A DNA stretch of 64,000 bases, from assembly GCA_030704615.1 (NCBI GenBank), contig CM060731.1, forward strand, positions 17,422,001-17,486,000, read 5' to 3'. A program made the position numbers and the translations under genes. Shown one piece after another: positions 1-12,904 of this stretch (positions are counted from its first letter, which is position 1; each line of letters opens with the position of its first letter). Source of the DNA: Takakia lepidozioides. Lineage: Eukaryota; Plantae; Bryophyta. The notes beneath the pieces were generated by a model. It had not been told where the DNA came from, ran no database searches, and saw only the letters and a list, made by a program, of their open reading frames with translations.

Positions 1-2183
1 CTGGGGAGCCACCCCCACTACGCCATCGAGACGGGCACTAGTCTCATGGGACCAACTGTGCCAAAAGAAAAATCGGGGAGGCTTGGGAATTTTGGACATT
101 GCAGCTCAGATCAAAGCACTTCTGGCAAAGTGGATACCGAGGGCAATAAAACACAGAAGTACTCCTTGGAGCAAACTCATTCAGCCTTATTTGATGGGGT
201 CTATCCCCGCATCTTCTCCCCTCTGGGCTCATTCTCTCAGGTGGATTGTCCAAGGTAGAAATGCAGGAATTAAGCTAGGTTCCAGACCATGGCAAACAAT
301 TTGGAAAGCATGGCATGCCCTGAGGGGCAATCTCACCCAAAGAATGTCTGCCACTATACAATAATGTCTCCGCCAGCCACTGTTCATCAACTACAACATG
401 GACTCTACCCCTCTGCTGAAGCAAACCCCGGCCTGGGCTTTTTTGGAAGGGAAAGGCTTCACCCACATCGCCTCCATTAGAGAGTAGGACCAGTTCTTGA
501 CCGAGGAGCAAGTCTCTACATCCCTGGGTGGAAGAAGGTCTAGAGCTTGGAACACTGTCCTATCAAATATCCCACAATACATGATGCCCATCCTTGATGA
601 ACCACAAACAGACTGGATAGTCCCCGCTTGGATGGCGAAACCAACAGTCAATCAATGGATGGTAATCCTCGTTCTCTCCACACATGGAAACATAGCAACA
701 GGGATAGGCTTCATACCAGATGCCGAAGACAGTTTGGCTTTTCAAGGCATCACAGACCACAACAATGACGACCTCTGTCACATAAGAGTGTTGGACAGTA
801 AAGGCAATGCCAACCCCTTGCCTCCCCCAGGAATGGAAGTGCAATGGGCCTTTCATGAATCATTTATCTGGTTCCTCTCCTGCCCTTTGGCTGACTTGCA
901 ATTCGATCCAGGAGAGTGGCGGTGGATGGACGGGAAAAAAAACCCTTTTCTTTGGTTATTCTGTGAAGCTGGGTTCTCATCAACCCACCTCGCTCTTTTC
1001 AAAGAAAATGGACAGCCAAATGGGGCAGCCACAGTTTACCTCAAGGGTGCTGGGACACGGTCTGGAGAGACATTTGGAGAAAGGACCGTTTTGCAAAAGT
1101 ATCCGGCTTCCTATGGAAACTGGCACACAGAATACTCCCCATCGGGCTTGTTACCCATGAGAACCAGCCTGTCTGCCCCCTCTGCCTGCTTGAACCAGAG
1201 TCTATTGAACACTGTTTGCTTTCCTGCAATATCTCAAGTAGGATTTGGGGAGTAATTCTTGGCTTCTATTCTCATTGGGCCTCTTTGTCCAATCCACCCC
1301 CTCCTTCACTGCTGCTCCTCAATGTTCAGATCGCTCAATCTCAGATTAGCTGCCCGGTCTGGGCTTCTCTGAGAGCTCACACCTTATGGAATCTGTGGAA
1401 AACAAGGTGTGCCTCGGTTTATGAGGGCAAACTCCCCAGAGGCAGATCGATCTTGTTTCATACATATCATGATCTGTTAACTGAGGGGAGGAAAGCTTGG
1501 GACTCTGTGTGTGCAGCTATTCCCATAACTTCAGAGCAACGAGGACGCAAGCTGCTTCAAGATTTCATACACTCCTGGGGCAAAGGTGACCTGCTCGGCT
1601 CCAACCTTCCCGACATGCGCTTTACCTGGAAAGACGCCATCCCCACTCAATGGGAAGTCTCCTGGTGAGGGAGATGAGGCAGAATTCAATTGGAGACATA
1701 AAAGAGCTAGGGACACTAAATCAAGAGCACAGCTCAGGTTTTGATACCTGGGGTTTTGGATCAGCTCGGACTCTCGTACCAACACTGGCAGTCGGCTGTA
1801 CTGATGATTTCTTGCTCCCTCGTTCTTACTACTCCTCAATCTCCTCACTTAGCAACCTTGGAAGCTCAGAACCTTCAAATCGCGAACATGTTATTGCAAA
1901 CGCTGCCTCTCCTGCACTTCCTCCGCTTTCTGCATAACTCCTCTTTACAACCACTATTTCGATCACCCTAAAATCCTTCTTATAATCTATACATCTCTCT
2001 CACACACATATCTCTCTAGCTCTTGGTTACCTCTTGTTGTTTAGCTTGTTTGCTAGGGTCACTGGGAACTTTCCCCTCAGTAAGCCTCACGGCCTTGGTG
2101 GTGGTTATTTTTTCCACCTTCTGACTTTTCTATTAATTTGATTAAAAAGGCCTCTGTCTCCCTTTTTTTTTAGAAAAAAAAAA
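1..2183 (+). mobile_element. LINE (L1-like) retrotransposon, 3' part: frameshifted ORF2 post-RT region, 3' UTR and poly(A) tail
   Basis: Translations 'PKEKSG(G)LGILDIAAQIKALLAKW' (~60-135) and 'WASLRAHTLWNLWKTRCASVYEG' (~1360-1430) match plant L1 ORF2 C-terminal motifs. An A10 run at 2174-2183 directly abuts sequence homologous to 51368 onward. Confidence 0.75.
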
Positions 2184-2623
2184 CTATATGAACTTTCAAG
2201 CATCCACCGTGGGATTGGATCTTGGTGGGTTAACGTTAGCTTTTGACAATATTCATGTAAGTTCATCAAGGGCTCCATCCAAAGCCACACCACAAGAAAC
2301 AAACAAACATGTCCAAATTTAAGATGCTGAACAAACTTGTGCACAGGGCTACCCCTCTCATCAAGCTCATTAAAATTCGTATTCACTTCCATCTTCAAGC
2401 TTTGGAGAGGCTCCACCACCCAAACCCAGAATTAGGATAGCACTCTGATTTCCACTGTCACCAGAATCAGTAAAAAATCACCCCTTCAGTCAAGTGCAAT
2501 TGTGGGCTGACTTCCTACCTATGCCGGGTAGACCCCACTATCAGGAAATGGTGGATGGTCTGAGTAGCTACACAGATCAATGAATGAAGCAAGACAGTAG
2601 CATCTTTCCAAGAAAACATCCTT

Positions 2624-5122
2624 TCACCAGAAATCACCACAAGAACAAATCCCATCTTCAAAGTGGTGGAAAGTAGTTAACGTCCCATACAACAATTGCT
2701 CGGCCAACAATCTTTGAGATGAATTTGGTGGAGGTGTGGCAGTCTCCACACACTCAAAGATTCTTGATGAGTCGTGCTGATCAGCCCAAAACCAATGGCC
2801 AGCTTCTCACTGTGGTGGCAAAGAGAAAATTCCTTTCCTCCACATTATGCAATAAAAAACGTGTGTCAGGCACATACCCCGCCTCCTTCATCTGCCCAGA
2901 CAATCTTCTCAGCTCAGCATGGATTTCCTTAATTCTGGGATGCAACTTGTCATCTGGCTCCTTTCTAACCCTCTGACCTTCATCATTCTTCTCACCTTTT
3001 GCAATATCATCCCACCTACTAGCTGTAGCATAGATGTTTGATATAGCAACACATAAGTCGCGGCATCCTGTTCATCCCACTTGAGGATAGATGTTGCCAC
3101 ACATTCAACCATCTCCACATTGCCATGGATTCTGCAGGCACCAAGCAAGGCCTTCCACACCACAACATCTGAATTGATTGGCATTTTATTAATCAGGTCC
3201 ACTGCCTCACGTAATTGTCCCGCACGTCCACAAGGTCTACCATGCAACCAAAGTGCTTTATTGGCGGGGTGGCACCATGATCTTGACTCAGGGAATCGAA
3301 GTAGCGTCTTCTTTCATTCGGTAGGCCACTGTGGCTGCATGCAGAGAGAACACATATAAAGGTGATATTGTCCAGCTTCAAGCCTTTCTTTTGCATTCCT
3401 TCAAATAGTTGCAGGACCTCCCTATGACAACCGTGTTGGGCATATCCTGCGATCATCGCATTCCACGGCACCACATTTCATTCAGCCATATTGTCAAATA
3501 CTCCCTTTGCATCCTCATTGCACTCACATTTCGCATACAAGTGAACCAGGGCAATGTCTAGAATGACATTTGGTACAATTCCAGCTTTGATGATGTCACC
3601 ATGAACCTCTTTGCCCTTTTCCAGGGCTGCCAGGCTTGCACACGCATTGCAAACGTACACAAACGTGATGTGGTCGGGCTTCACCCCTTCCCCCAGGTCT
3701 CCATCCCGCACCCCTGCTGTGTATATCCTACAAGCATGGCGTTCCATGACACCAAATCTCGTTCAACCATATTGTTGAACACTCCCTCCACATCCTCGAT
3801 GCTCCCACATTTGGCATACATGTCTACGAGGGTATTGTTCAGAATCACATCTGGTACAATTCCAGCTTTGGTGATGCAACCATGCACCTCTTTGCCCTTT
3901 TCCAGGGCTGTCAGGCTTGCACACGCATTGCAAACACAAACAAATCTAATGTGGTCGGGCTTCACCCCTTTGCGCAGAATCTGCTCATAGGTCTCAAAAG
4001 CATTCCTACCACACCCATGCTTGGTAAATCCTGCCAACATTATATTCCACGTGATCAAGATCATTGCGGCATTTTGTTGAATGCTTCCGCATCTTTTGCT
4101 TATAGGTCCCCAAAGCCTCCATCCCACACCCATGTTGTTGTGATCATCGCATTCCACGACACCACATCCCGTTCAGCCATGTTGTCAAATATTCTCTTTG
4201 CAACCTTCATGCTCCCGCATTTCGCATACATGTCAACAAGGCTATTGTTCAAAATCAGATTTGGTACAAGTCCAGCTTTCATATGTCAGCATGGACCTCT
4301 TTGCCGTTTTCCAGGGCTGCCAGTCTCGCACAAGCCTTGAGAATGCAAACAAATGTGACCTGATCGGGCATCACCCCTTGCTGTATCAGTTGATCATATG
4401 TCTCAAAGACATTCCTACCACAACCATGTTTGGTATATCCTGCCACCATATTGTTGAACACTAGACAAGCCTCCCTTACACTCCCATATTTGGCATACAT
4501 GTTAACAAGGGCAGTCTCCCAATTAAGGTATGACAAAATTCCAGCTTTGATAATGTCAGCATGGATATCTTTGCCCTTCTTCAGGGCCACCATGCTGGCA
4601 CCAACATTGAGAACACAAATGAATGTGGCTTGCACACGCATTACAAATGCACACAAACGTGATGTGGTCGAGCTTCCCCCCTTCCCCCATCATGGACCTC
4701 TTTGCCCTTTTCCAGGGCTGCCAGGCTTGCACAAGCATTGCAAACGCTCACATACGTGATGCGGTTGCATTTCACCCCTTCCCCCATCATTTGCTCATAG
4801 GTATGATCCAAGGCCTCCATCCCGCGCCCCTACTGTGCATACCCTGCAAGCATGGCATTCCATGACACCAAATCTCATTCAGCCATATTGTTGAACACTC
4901 CCTCCGCATCCTCAATGCTCCCACATTTGGCATACATGTCCACGAGGGTATTGTTTAGAATCACATCTGTACAATTCCAGCTTTGGCGATGCAACCATGC
5001 ACCTCTTTGCCCTTTTCCAGGGCTGCCAGGCTTGCACACGCATTGCAAACGCACACAAACGTGATGTGGTCGCGCTTCACCCCTTCCCCCATCATTTGCT
5101 CATAGGTCTCCAAGTCCTCCAT
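2624..5122 (-). pseudogene. PLS-class PPR-E-DYW RNA-editing factor pseudogene (copy 1, C-terminal part)
   Basis: Repeated P/L/S motifs (e.g. '[33 protein letters not shown]', 'GVKPDHITFVYVCNACASLAALEKGKEVH'). E domain 'VWKALLGACRIHGNVE'. DYW domain read manually at 2624-2880: [44 protein letters not shown]. Many frameshifts and stops. Confidence 0.9.
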
Positions 5123-6566
5123 CTACTCAACACCCTTGTCTCCATGTATGTCAAGTGCGGGAGCATCATGGATGCTCACCAAGTGTTCAACAGAATGCCT
5201 CAACGATCTTTGATCACGTGGAATATAATGTTGGCAGGAGTTACCAAGCATGGGTGTGGTAGGAATGCTTTGGAGACCTATGAGCAACTGCTGCGCGAAG
5301 GGGTGAAGCCCAACCACATCACGTTTGTTTGTGTTTGCAATGCGTGTGCAAGCTTGGGAGCTCTGGAGGGAAAGAGGTCCATGGTGACATCATCAAAGCT
5401 GGATTTGTACTAGATGTCATTCTGAACATTGACCTGGTGGACATGCAGTATGTCAAATGTGGGTGCAGCAAGCCTAATGCGAAGGGAGAGTTCAACAATA
5501 TGGCTGAACGAGATGTGGTGTTTTGGAGTGCCATGATTGCAAGGTAAGTGCAGGATGCGTATGGGATTAAGGCTTTGGAAACCTAAGAGCAAATGATGTG
5601 GGAAGGGATGAAGCCAGACCAGGTCATGTTCATTTGTGTTTATAATATGCATATGCGAGCCTAGCAGCCCTGGGAATGGTCAAAGAGGTTTATGGTTGAC
5701 ATTATCAAAGCTGGAATTGTACCAGATGTCATTCTGAACATTCCCCTGGTGTACATCTATGCTCACCAAGTGTTCAACAAAATCTCTCAACGATCTTTGA
5801 TCACGTGGAATATAATGTTGGCAGGATTTACCAAGCATGGGTGTGGTAGGAATGCTTTGGAGACCTATGAGCAAATGATGTTGGAAGGGGTGAAGCCCGA
5901 CCGCATCACATTTGACATTTGCGTTTGCAATGTGTGTGCGAGCCTGGCAGCCCTGGAAAAGGGTAAAGAGGTCCATGCTGGCATCATCAAAGCTTGAATT
6001 GTACCAGATGTCATTTTGAACACTGCCCTGGTGGACATGTTGCCAAATTTGGGTGCATTGAAGATGCAAAGGCAGTGTTTGACAAAATGGCTGAACGTGA
6101 TGTGGTGTAGTGAAGTGCGATGATCGTAGGATATGCACAACAGGGTCGTGGGATGGAGGCTTTGGAGACCTATGAGCAAATGATGCAGGAAGAGGTGAAG
6201 CCCAACCAAATCACCTTTGTTGGCGTTCGCAATGCATGTGCAAGCCTGGCAGCCCCGGAAAATGGCAAAGAGGTCCATGGTCACATTGTCAAAGCTGGAA
6301 TTGTATCAAATGTCATTCGGAACACTGCCTTGCTGGATATGTATGCCAAATGTGGGAGTATTGAACATGAAAAGAGGGTGTTTGACATTATGGCTGAATG
6401 TGATGTGGTGTTGTGGCACGCAATGGTCGCAGGACATGCACAGCAGGGTTGCGGGATGGAGGCTTTTGAGACATATGAGCAAATGATGCAGGAAGGGGTG
6501 AAGCCCAACCACATTACGTTTGTTTGTGTTTGCAATGCGTGTGCAAGCCTGGCAGCTCCAGAAAAG
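5123..6566 (+). pseudogene. PLS-class PPR pseudogene segment, inverted relative to 2624-5122
   Basis: ORFs 4997-5413, 5692-5997 and 6120-6620 carry the same PLS motifs on the + strand ('LLNTLVSMYVKCGSIMDAHQVF', '[15 protein letters not shown]'). The strand switch occurs at ~5122/5123. Confidence 0.88.
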
Positions 6567-6759
6567 GTGAATGCCTGTTGGATTACAGAGAGAAGCAGGT
6601 GCATTCAGATTTGGAACTAGTGTTATAAGTAGGGTTGGGGTGTTTTATGGAAGAACTCCACACCGTCAGTGTCAGCTGCTAGCACCAAGGCAAGGATGTA
6701 TGCCTGATTTGTACACATGCAGGGATAGCTGAAGGATCAGGAATAAAGTGTGGGTCCAG

Positions 6760-7440
6760 ATTCATCCAAGAGGGCCGGATTTCAAACACAAGATTACTTC
6801 TGATTCCCCGTGGATCAATAGCTACAAGAAACCTCCATGGGTAGATGGTCAACTAGAAACAGCAGCGGCAACAACACAATTGATAGAACTAGGCACCGCT
6901 AACAAAGGCACCTTCTTCAACACATTTCAGCCTGTTTCCCCTGTTATCAGAGTCATCCCTAAATTTTCATGTTGAATTATGCAAGTTAGCTTGTTGATGG
7001 ATCTATGGTGGTTTTGGAGTGATTTTGACATGTTACTACCAATGTGGCAACAGGAAAGTATCGAAAAACAGATAACAGAGACGAGGAGAAGCTCTAAAAT
7101 GAACACGTTTCCGACCCAAGTCAATGGTGGAACAATTGAGGCAAAAAGGTGAATACCTCTTGGAAGCAGACGCAAGTCAGCATAGGAACTCGTGTGATAA
7201 GTATGGTTGGGGTGTTTGCTGGAAGATTTCTAGGCTATCATTGCTAGCTGCTAGCAACAAGGCAAGATGTATGCATGATTTGTGCAGAGGCATGGATAGC
7301 TGAAGGAACGGGCATAGAGTGTGGGTCCAGATTCATCCAAGAGGGCCGGATTTCAAGCTCCAGATTACCTATCATTCCTTGTGGAAGGATAGCTACAAGA
7401 AACTTGCATGGGTAGATGGTCAACTGGAAGCTGCAGCAAC
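6760..7440 (+). pseudogene. Exons encoding OSB-like PDF motifs (degenerate)
   Basis: Exon after CAG at 6757-6759: 'IHPRGPDFKHKITSDSPWINSYKKPPWVDGQL'. Exon ~7053-7148: 'KTDNRDEEKL*NEHVSDPSQWWNN*GKK' followed by GTGAAT. Exon ~7331: 'IHPRGPDFKLQITYHSLWKDSYKKLAWVDGQL'. These match the W..F..P..WWDNR..K...PDFKHK...LW pattern of OSB PDF motifs. Confidence 0.7.
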
Positions 7441-7519
7441 AATGCTCCTTCACTTAACTTGCCCACCAGATTCCAAGCTACTCATGCAAGAGACAAAGCT
7501 AAGTATCTGAATCTGCTGA

Positions 7520-8110
7520 ATTGTTTTCCTTGGTTTATAGGGGGCAGGGCAAAGAATCATAGGTAGTTTTGTGCTTGAAATGCAGCCCTCTTGCATGAAT
7601 CTGAACCCACATTCCATCCCTGCTCCTTCAGCTATTCCTGCCAAGAGAAAGGGAGAGGGAGGGCGCGGCAAGGAGAGGGAGAGGCAAGGAGAGGGAGATG
7701 GTAGCCAGTGGTGTGCTCACTGTTTGGGGGGGGGGGGTGGCTGTCAGGTCGCTCACGAGCTGGAGCAAGCAGGCTGTCGCCGCCGCAGCAGCCAGCCAGC
7801 CACCAGCAGAGAGCTCCCGCATTTGGTGAGTATTCAGCGATGCTCCCGCACTTGACATACATGTTGACGAGGCAGGCGTTGCATAAAAAAATGTCTGGCT
7901 TAAATCCAGTTTGGATAAGGTGAACGTGCACCTGCCCACCAGTTTCCACGCTTTTTCATCTTTATGCTAAAATGTCTCATCGGTTTAATTAAAGGGGGTA
8001 GGGCAGCGAATCGACATATTACGTAGCTTTGTGCTTCAAATCCAACTCTGTCGGACGAATCTGAACCCACACTAGTCCACCCTTGCTCCTTCAGTTATCC
8101 ATGCCAAGAG
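7520..8110 (-). pseudogene. Further degenerate PDF-motif exon copies and an N-terminal PPR fragment on the - strand
   Basis: The reverse strand gives 'IHARGLHFKHKTTYDSL' (~7545-7600), 'IRPTELDLKHKAT' (~8020-8060) and 'ETGGQVHVHLIQTGFKPDIFLCNACLVNMYVKCGSI' (7840-7949). Each PDF exon is preceded by the same intron-end sequence seen at 6720-6759. Confidence 0.65.
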
Positions 8111-11100
8111 AGAGAGGGAGAGAGAGTGCAAGGCAAGGTAGGGCATGGAGAGGGAAATCCATAGGTTCATATGTTGTTCAGAGAATGAGTGAATTTTAAA
8201 TAAAGCTACTGTGAGGGCAACATGAGGGCAACATATATGTTATGCTGCCCCCTTTAGACTGTTTTGAGGAGCCTGATTTTGGGATTGTACTGCAATTTTG
8301 TAAATCTGAGTGATAGTTGTTTAAGACAATATCTTGTTACTCTGCTTCTATCTTCAGTGCCTATATAGTGTCCTTTGCACTTTGTCAAACACTCCTGTGC
8401 TATTTTGTAAATTTGACTGGCAATTGTTTAAGACAAGCTCTTTTTACATTTTAAGTGCCTATGTTATGTCCTTTGCACTTTCTCACTTTGTTCTTTTCTG
8501 TGATTCTTGCCTGAGAATGAAGCATTGATTTATTCTAGTATAGGTAGTAAGCTACAGTAGGTAGAATCATTATAGCAGTAGAAGTATAGATTACAGAAAG
8601 GCGTGTGCATGGCTAGGGTTCTACTATAGGTAGTAAGCAATATCACTTTAACATCACTAAACAACCTTCAATCATGCATTGACACGTGTCATATCGACCA
8701 TAAAACACCTGGCAACGAGTTATTATAAGCATAGTCGTGGTTCTCACTGTTAAATACATTTAACAAACCCCTCATATGATGCCACGTGTCCACATATCAG
8801 GATGTTTGTAGTTAGGACAATGACTGCAAGACCTCATATGCCACGTGTCCAGATATTAGCATGTTTGTAGTCAGGATAATGACTCTAGGACTTCATCATG
8901 GATATGCCACGTGGCAGTTTCGGGAGACGCCATATGGCGCACATCCACAAAACCTCATGGACTTATTATAAAGAGACACGTGTACAGTTTGTAGCAGCAC
9001 ACTAAGTCATGTATGGTAGAAGTACGTATAACTGCCACATGACAGTGAGATGTATCACTTGGTTCATCTGACTGCAGTCATCCATGACCGACCATACTGT
9101 ATTCATTGTATTGACTTGGTTTGTACGACTTAAAGTCATATAAGTCATATGTACCGTTTATGACTACGGGATAGTCATATATACAGTCATATATACCGCG
9201 ATCTGTTGTAGTGTTTGTTCTGCGGATTCTGGCTGAGAAAGAACCCCCATCGCCCTAGAATTCTCCACTGAAGGCCAGATTGGAAAAAAAGAATGGCAAG
9301 GGGAAAAAGAAGGCAAAAGACAAGGACAAGGACAACGGGGATGTTCTTGGACCGGGAGGAGGTGACCGCGTGCAGACCCCACCCCCACCCCTAAACCCGG
9401 ATCGGAGGATGAAGGTGATGAAGGAGTCATACGACGCATAGGAGCACCCATCCCGAGTCACTTTCCCCTGCAAGTCCGAACTTGTGAACGATGGATTCCT
9501 CGCCATGATGGAGACCAGGAAATCGGGTTACAGTGGTGCTCCTTCAGCAACGTGGGACAAAGCTTTGTGTTTTTCTCCAATTGGTAAGTGTAGGTGCATT
9601 AAAAAACGCGCAATTTTTTTTTTTGAGTATTTTTGAGCCAGGAGAGTCGAATTATACGTGGACAGTGCAGAATCAGGACCATTTGTTATAGAAACGATGA
9701 AACATCGACACAACTACTAGTATGGCCCGCAAATAGAAGAGTCTGCGACGTCCATGAAGCCAAAGCGCTCAGGAGTTTATACGACTAGGGTACCTGCAAG
9801 GAACAGTTGTTGAAGGCGTGCGATTCAAGTCGTCCGTTCAAACATCTAGGGGCCGATTAAATGACTGCAGACAACGGTTTGCCTATTCCTCACCTCAACG
9901 TCCGATCGCTATTCAATGCAAGCAAGGAGTGCTTGGCCTTAAGATGAAAATGCCCGATGGGCTGTGCTTTAAACGACACGGTTGACAACGGTTTTGCAAT
10001 GTACAAGTAGAAATTTTCACGTTGCCCCAATGCAGTTTCATGAGGACGCTGGAGGCGTGGATCACATGATCATGATTACGATGTTATTTTCATGCTCAAA
10101 TACAACAGTGACAACGATCAAACATGTGTTCCCCTGTGTTTTAGTTCATGCATGCAAACAGACATTGCAGTGCGGCTAGTAGCAACTACCGGCGGTGTAT
10201 TCTTTTTCCCAGGAGGACAATTAGGTTTTTGTGTATGAAACAAATTCAAGAAGCTTCCGAGATGTCTTGGTCTTCTATCAAAAATCCTAAAGAGGTTTTA
10301 TCCAGCGGTTGTGGCCGACAGGGATTTTGCTGTGCAAAGTACCTTCAGCGAACATGACGAAGCCGGAATCGAGCGCTGTTGGGGGAGGGATTTTTTGTAT
10401 GTGATTAAAAGTTATACAAGATAATGCGGAAGGAATTTCAGCCCCAAGCATTGATATCTTCATAACCAAAAAATATGCTACGCATTGAAAGCAGTGTTTT
10501 CGCGTGCAATTGACGCTTGTTGATTTTCCATGGTTGATGGTGGAACCACATGGACCTGAAGTTTGTTGGGTATTTTAAGCATACCTCAAGGGAATTTGTG
10601 GCCAAGTCTCAAGAGTTTTGGAGAGGATTTACAACAAATCACCGTTTGTGAAGTTTTCGAGCGTCCGTGGCCACAAGAAATTCAATTGAAGGGGATTTTT
10701 GGGCCTCAAAGGGATAAGAGCGCCTTGGGACAGCTGGTCAGATGAAAAGTGACACCTATCAACCAAGAAGTGTTGAAATATTTTCTTATCCAAGGATTTT
10801 GGATATTCTATCCAATCATTTTTTTTAGTTTTTCTAGTATAAATAGCTTAGGAGGTGAGCTTGCTCACCACTTTGACACTCTTGTTTTTTTGCTTGTTAG
10901 TTAGTTGCTTAGAGAGCTTGCTTGTGAGCATAGCTTTGCCTTATGCAACTTGCTTTGTGAAGTCTTAGTTTGCTTGTGAGCTTAGAGCTTAGCCTAGATG
11001 TTTTAGGCAAGCTCGGAGGAAGCAACTAGTGCAACTTATGAAGACTAGGGATACCCTAGGTGCTTAAGTTGTAGGCCAAGTGCCATTTGAAAAGGAGAAA

Positions 11101-12904
11101 ACCTCCCCAAAAAGAGGAGTGTGGTTCAACTTGAGAGAGTGGCGAGTCCTTAGAGAGAAGAGGAGGTAGAAAAGCAACTGCAATCTCCACAAGAGAGGTG
11201 AGCTTCTATCCCTTCCCCTAGGTTTTGGTAGTCTTCTTAGCCAAGTGAAGGCACCCTAGAGTGGAGAGAGGGTTTCTTCGTACTTGTTCAAAGTTTGCTT
11301 TGTTCTTTTGTGTTTTGTTGTTAAAAGTTCTTTGCACTAACCCTAGCTTGGTCCTACTAACAAGAGAGTGGTGGGAGCTTGGGAAAGAGATGAAGACTAA
11401 CTCTCCTTAGTGGCCAAGAGGCCCAATGAGTTGTCATTTTGTTCTATGTTTTGCTTTTTATCTTAAGAATGGAAAGATCTAACCCTAGAGTGCTAGTCAT
11501 ATAGTGGAGTAGCTCTAAGATGGGTGTGGGTTCTCTTTGTGTTGGCCACTAAGCCCTTTGTGTTGTTCAAGTTGATGAACCACTGACCCTTGACTTCCAA
11601 GACTAACCATGCAAGGGTTAGCTTAGTTCAAGCTTGGAATCAATAGGAGTGATTAGTTTTTGTCATTTGAAGTTGAGGGGAGTGAAGCCTAGAGCAACTA
11701 GGTCAATCACCTCTTTGTCTTCTCCACTAGGCCCTACTTTCCCCATGAAAGAGAGAGGAAACAAGAAGGTTAGGGAGAAGGAATTTTTTTTGCAAGTGTA
11801 ATTTTTCTTTGTCCCATGTCGCTGGAATTTTAAACACCTTCCCAACCCAATTTTCAGAGCTTGATTCTATTAAGTTTGGGCCCCCATAGCCCATATAAAG
11901 CTTGGGGGACCTTATTCTTGAAGAAGCTAGTATATTTTTTTGACTAACCCCAATGGTTAGTACAACCCAAAGGTTGTGGCATGTTATGGGGGATGCGGTT
12001 GTTCTTTTTCAAGGCATGATGGAATTAAAGTGGGCCATGATGATGGGCCTTTATGCCTAGGTCAATAGCAAGCTTTGGCTATTGTGTGGTACTAAGCACG
12101 AACCACGAGAAGGGGGAAAGTGGGGGGCGCGTTGATTGGCGCCAGGCCCGCACGGCTGTCGGGCTGCGCAACAAGCTTAAAAAGCGTGGGGGATTTCCAA
12201 ATTCCTTCCGGATCCCCTGGTTCCAGCTTTTACCCGCCGGCTTGGACCGTTGGACTTTGGTGCGAGACCCGCTCCAGCTCCAATAGCGTCGCGCCACCAC
12301 GCGTGTGGCAGGCCCTGCGTCCGCCGGATAAAAGCATCTTCTTATTAACCAGCGATCCCTAAGATATGGGGGTGACCACTTTAATATTTTGAGTGAGGTT
12401 AATATAGCATGAGGGTTAGGGATGGTGCATTTGGGGTAGTTTTTAGTGGCTAATCTTGAAGTTAAGGGGGCTGCTAAGGTCACCTTGGTGCCGTCGTTTA
12501 GAGTCATAGGAAATTACTTAGGGCCGAAACGGCTTTGCAGGGCAGCACGAGACACCTCGGCGAAGGAAAGAGGGAAGAAAGTCCATAGAATTTGAACCGA
12601 TGATCATTGGGGGTCCAAACGAGAGAGACGACCGAAGGACTAGCATTTGTCCTTGAGGAGTTGTTTTTACGGATGGATGTTGGTGGATGAAATAAGAAAT
12701 ATTTCATCCACATGATGGATGAACAATGGATGAATAGAGGATGATGAATGCAGTTTTTCATCAAATTGCAAGGATGAACAGAGAATGATTAGTGGATGAA
12801 AAACCAGTCCAGCTCTAAGGGGATGTGAACTTGAGACCTAGGGGCTTGGGGGTTGTTTATTAATGGGCTAGGGGGGTGTTTTGAACTATTGGGCCATTTC
12901 CCTA

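Noticed and set aside
3478-6620. Many antisense ORFs over the PPR region; possible functional PPR editor
   Set aside because: These are shadow frames of repetitive PPR codons. The sense frames contain many frameshifts and stops that splicing or editing cannot explain.
10830-12100. LTR-like segment (TATAAATA followed by a T-rich tract)
   Set aside because: I could not find TG..CA termini, a PBS, a PPT or a second copy, so it is left unannotated.
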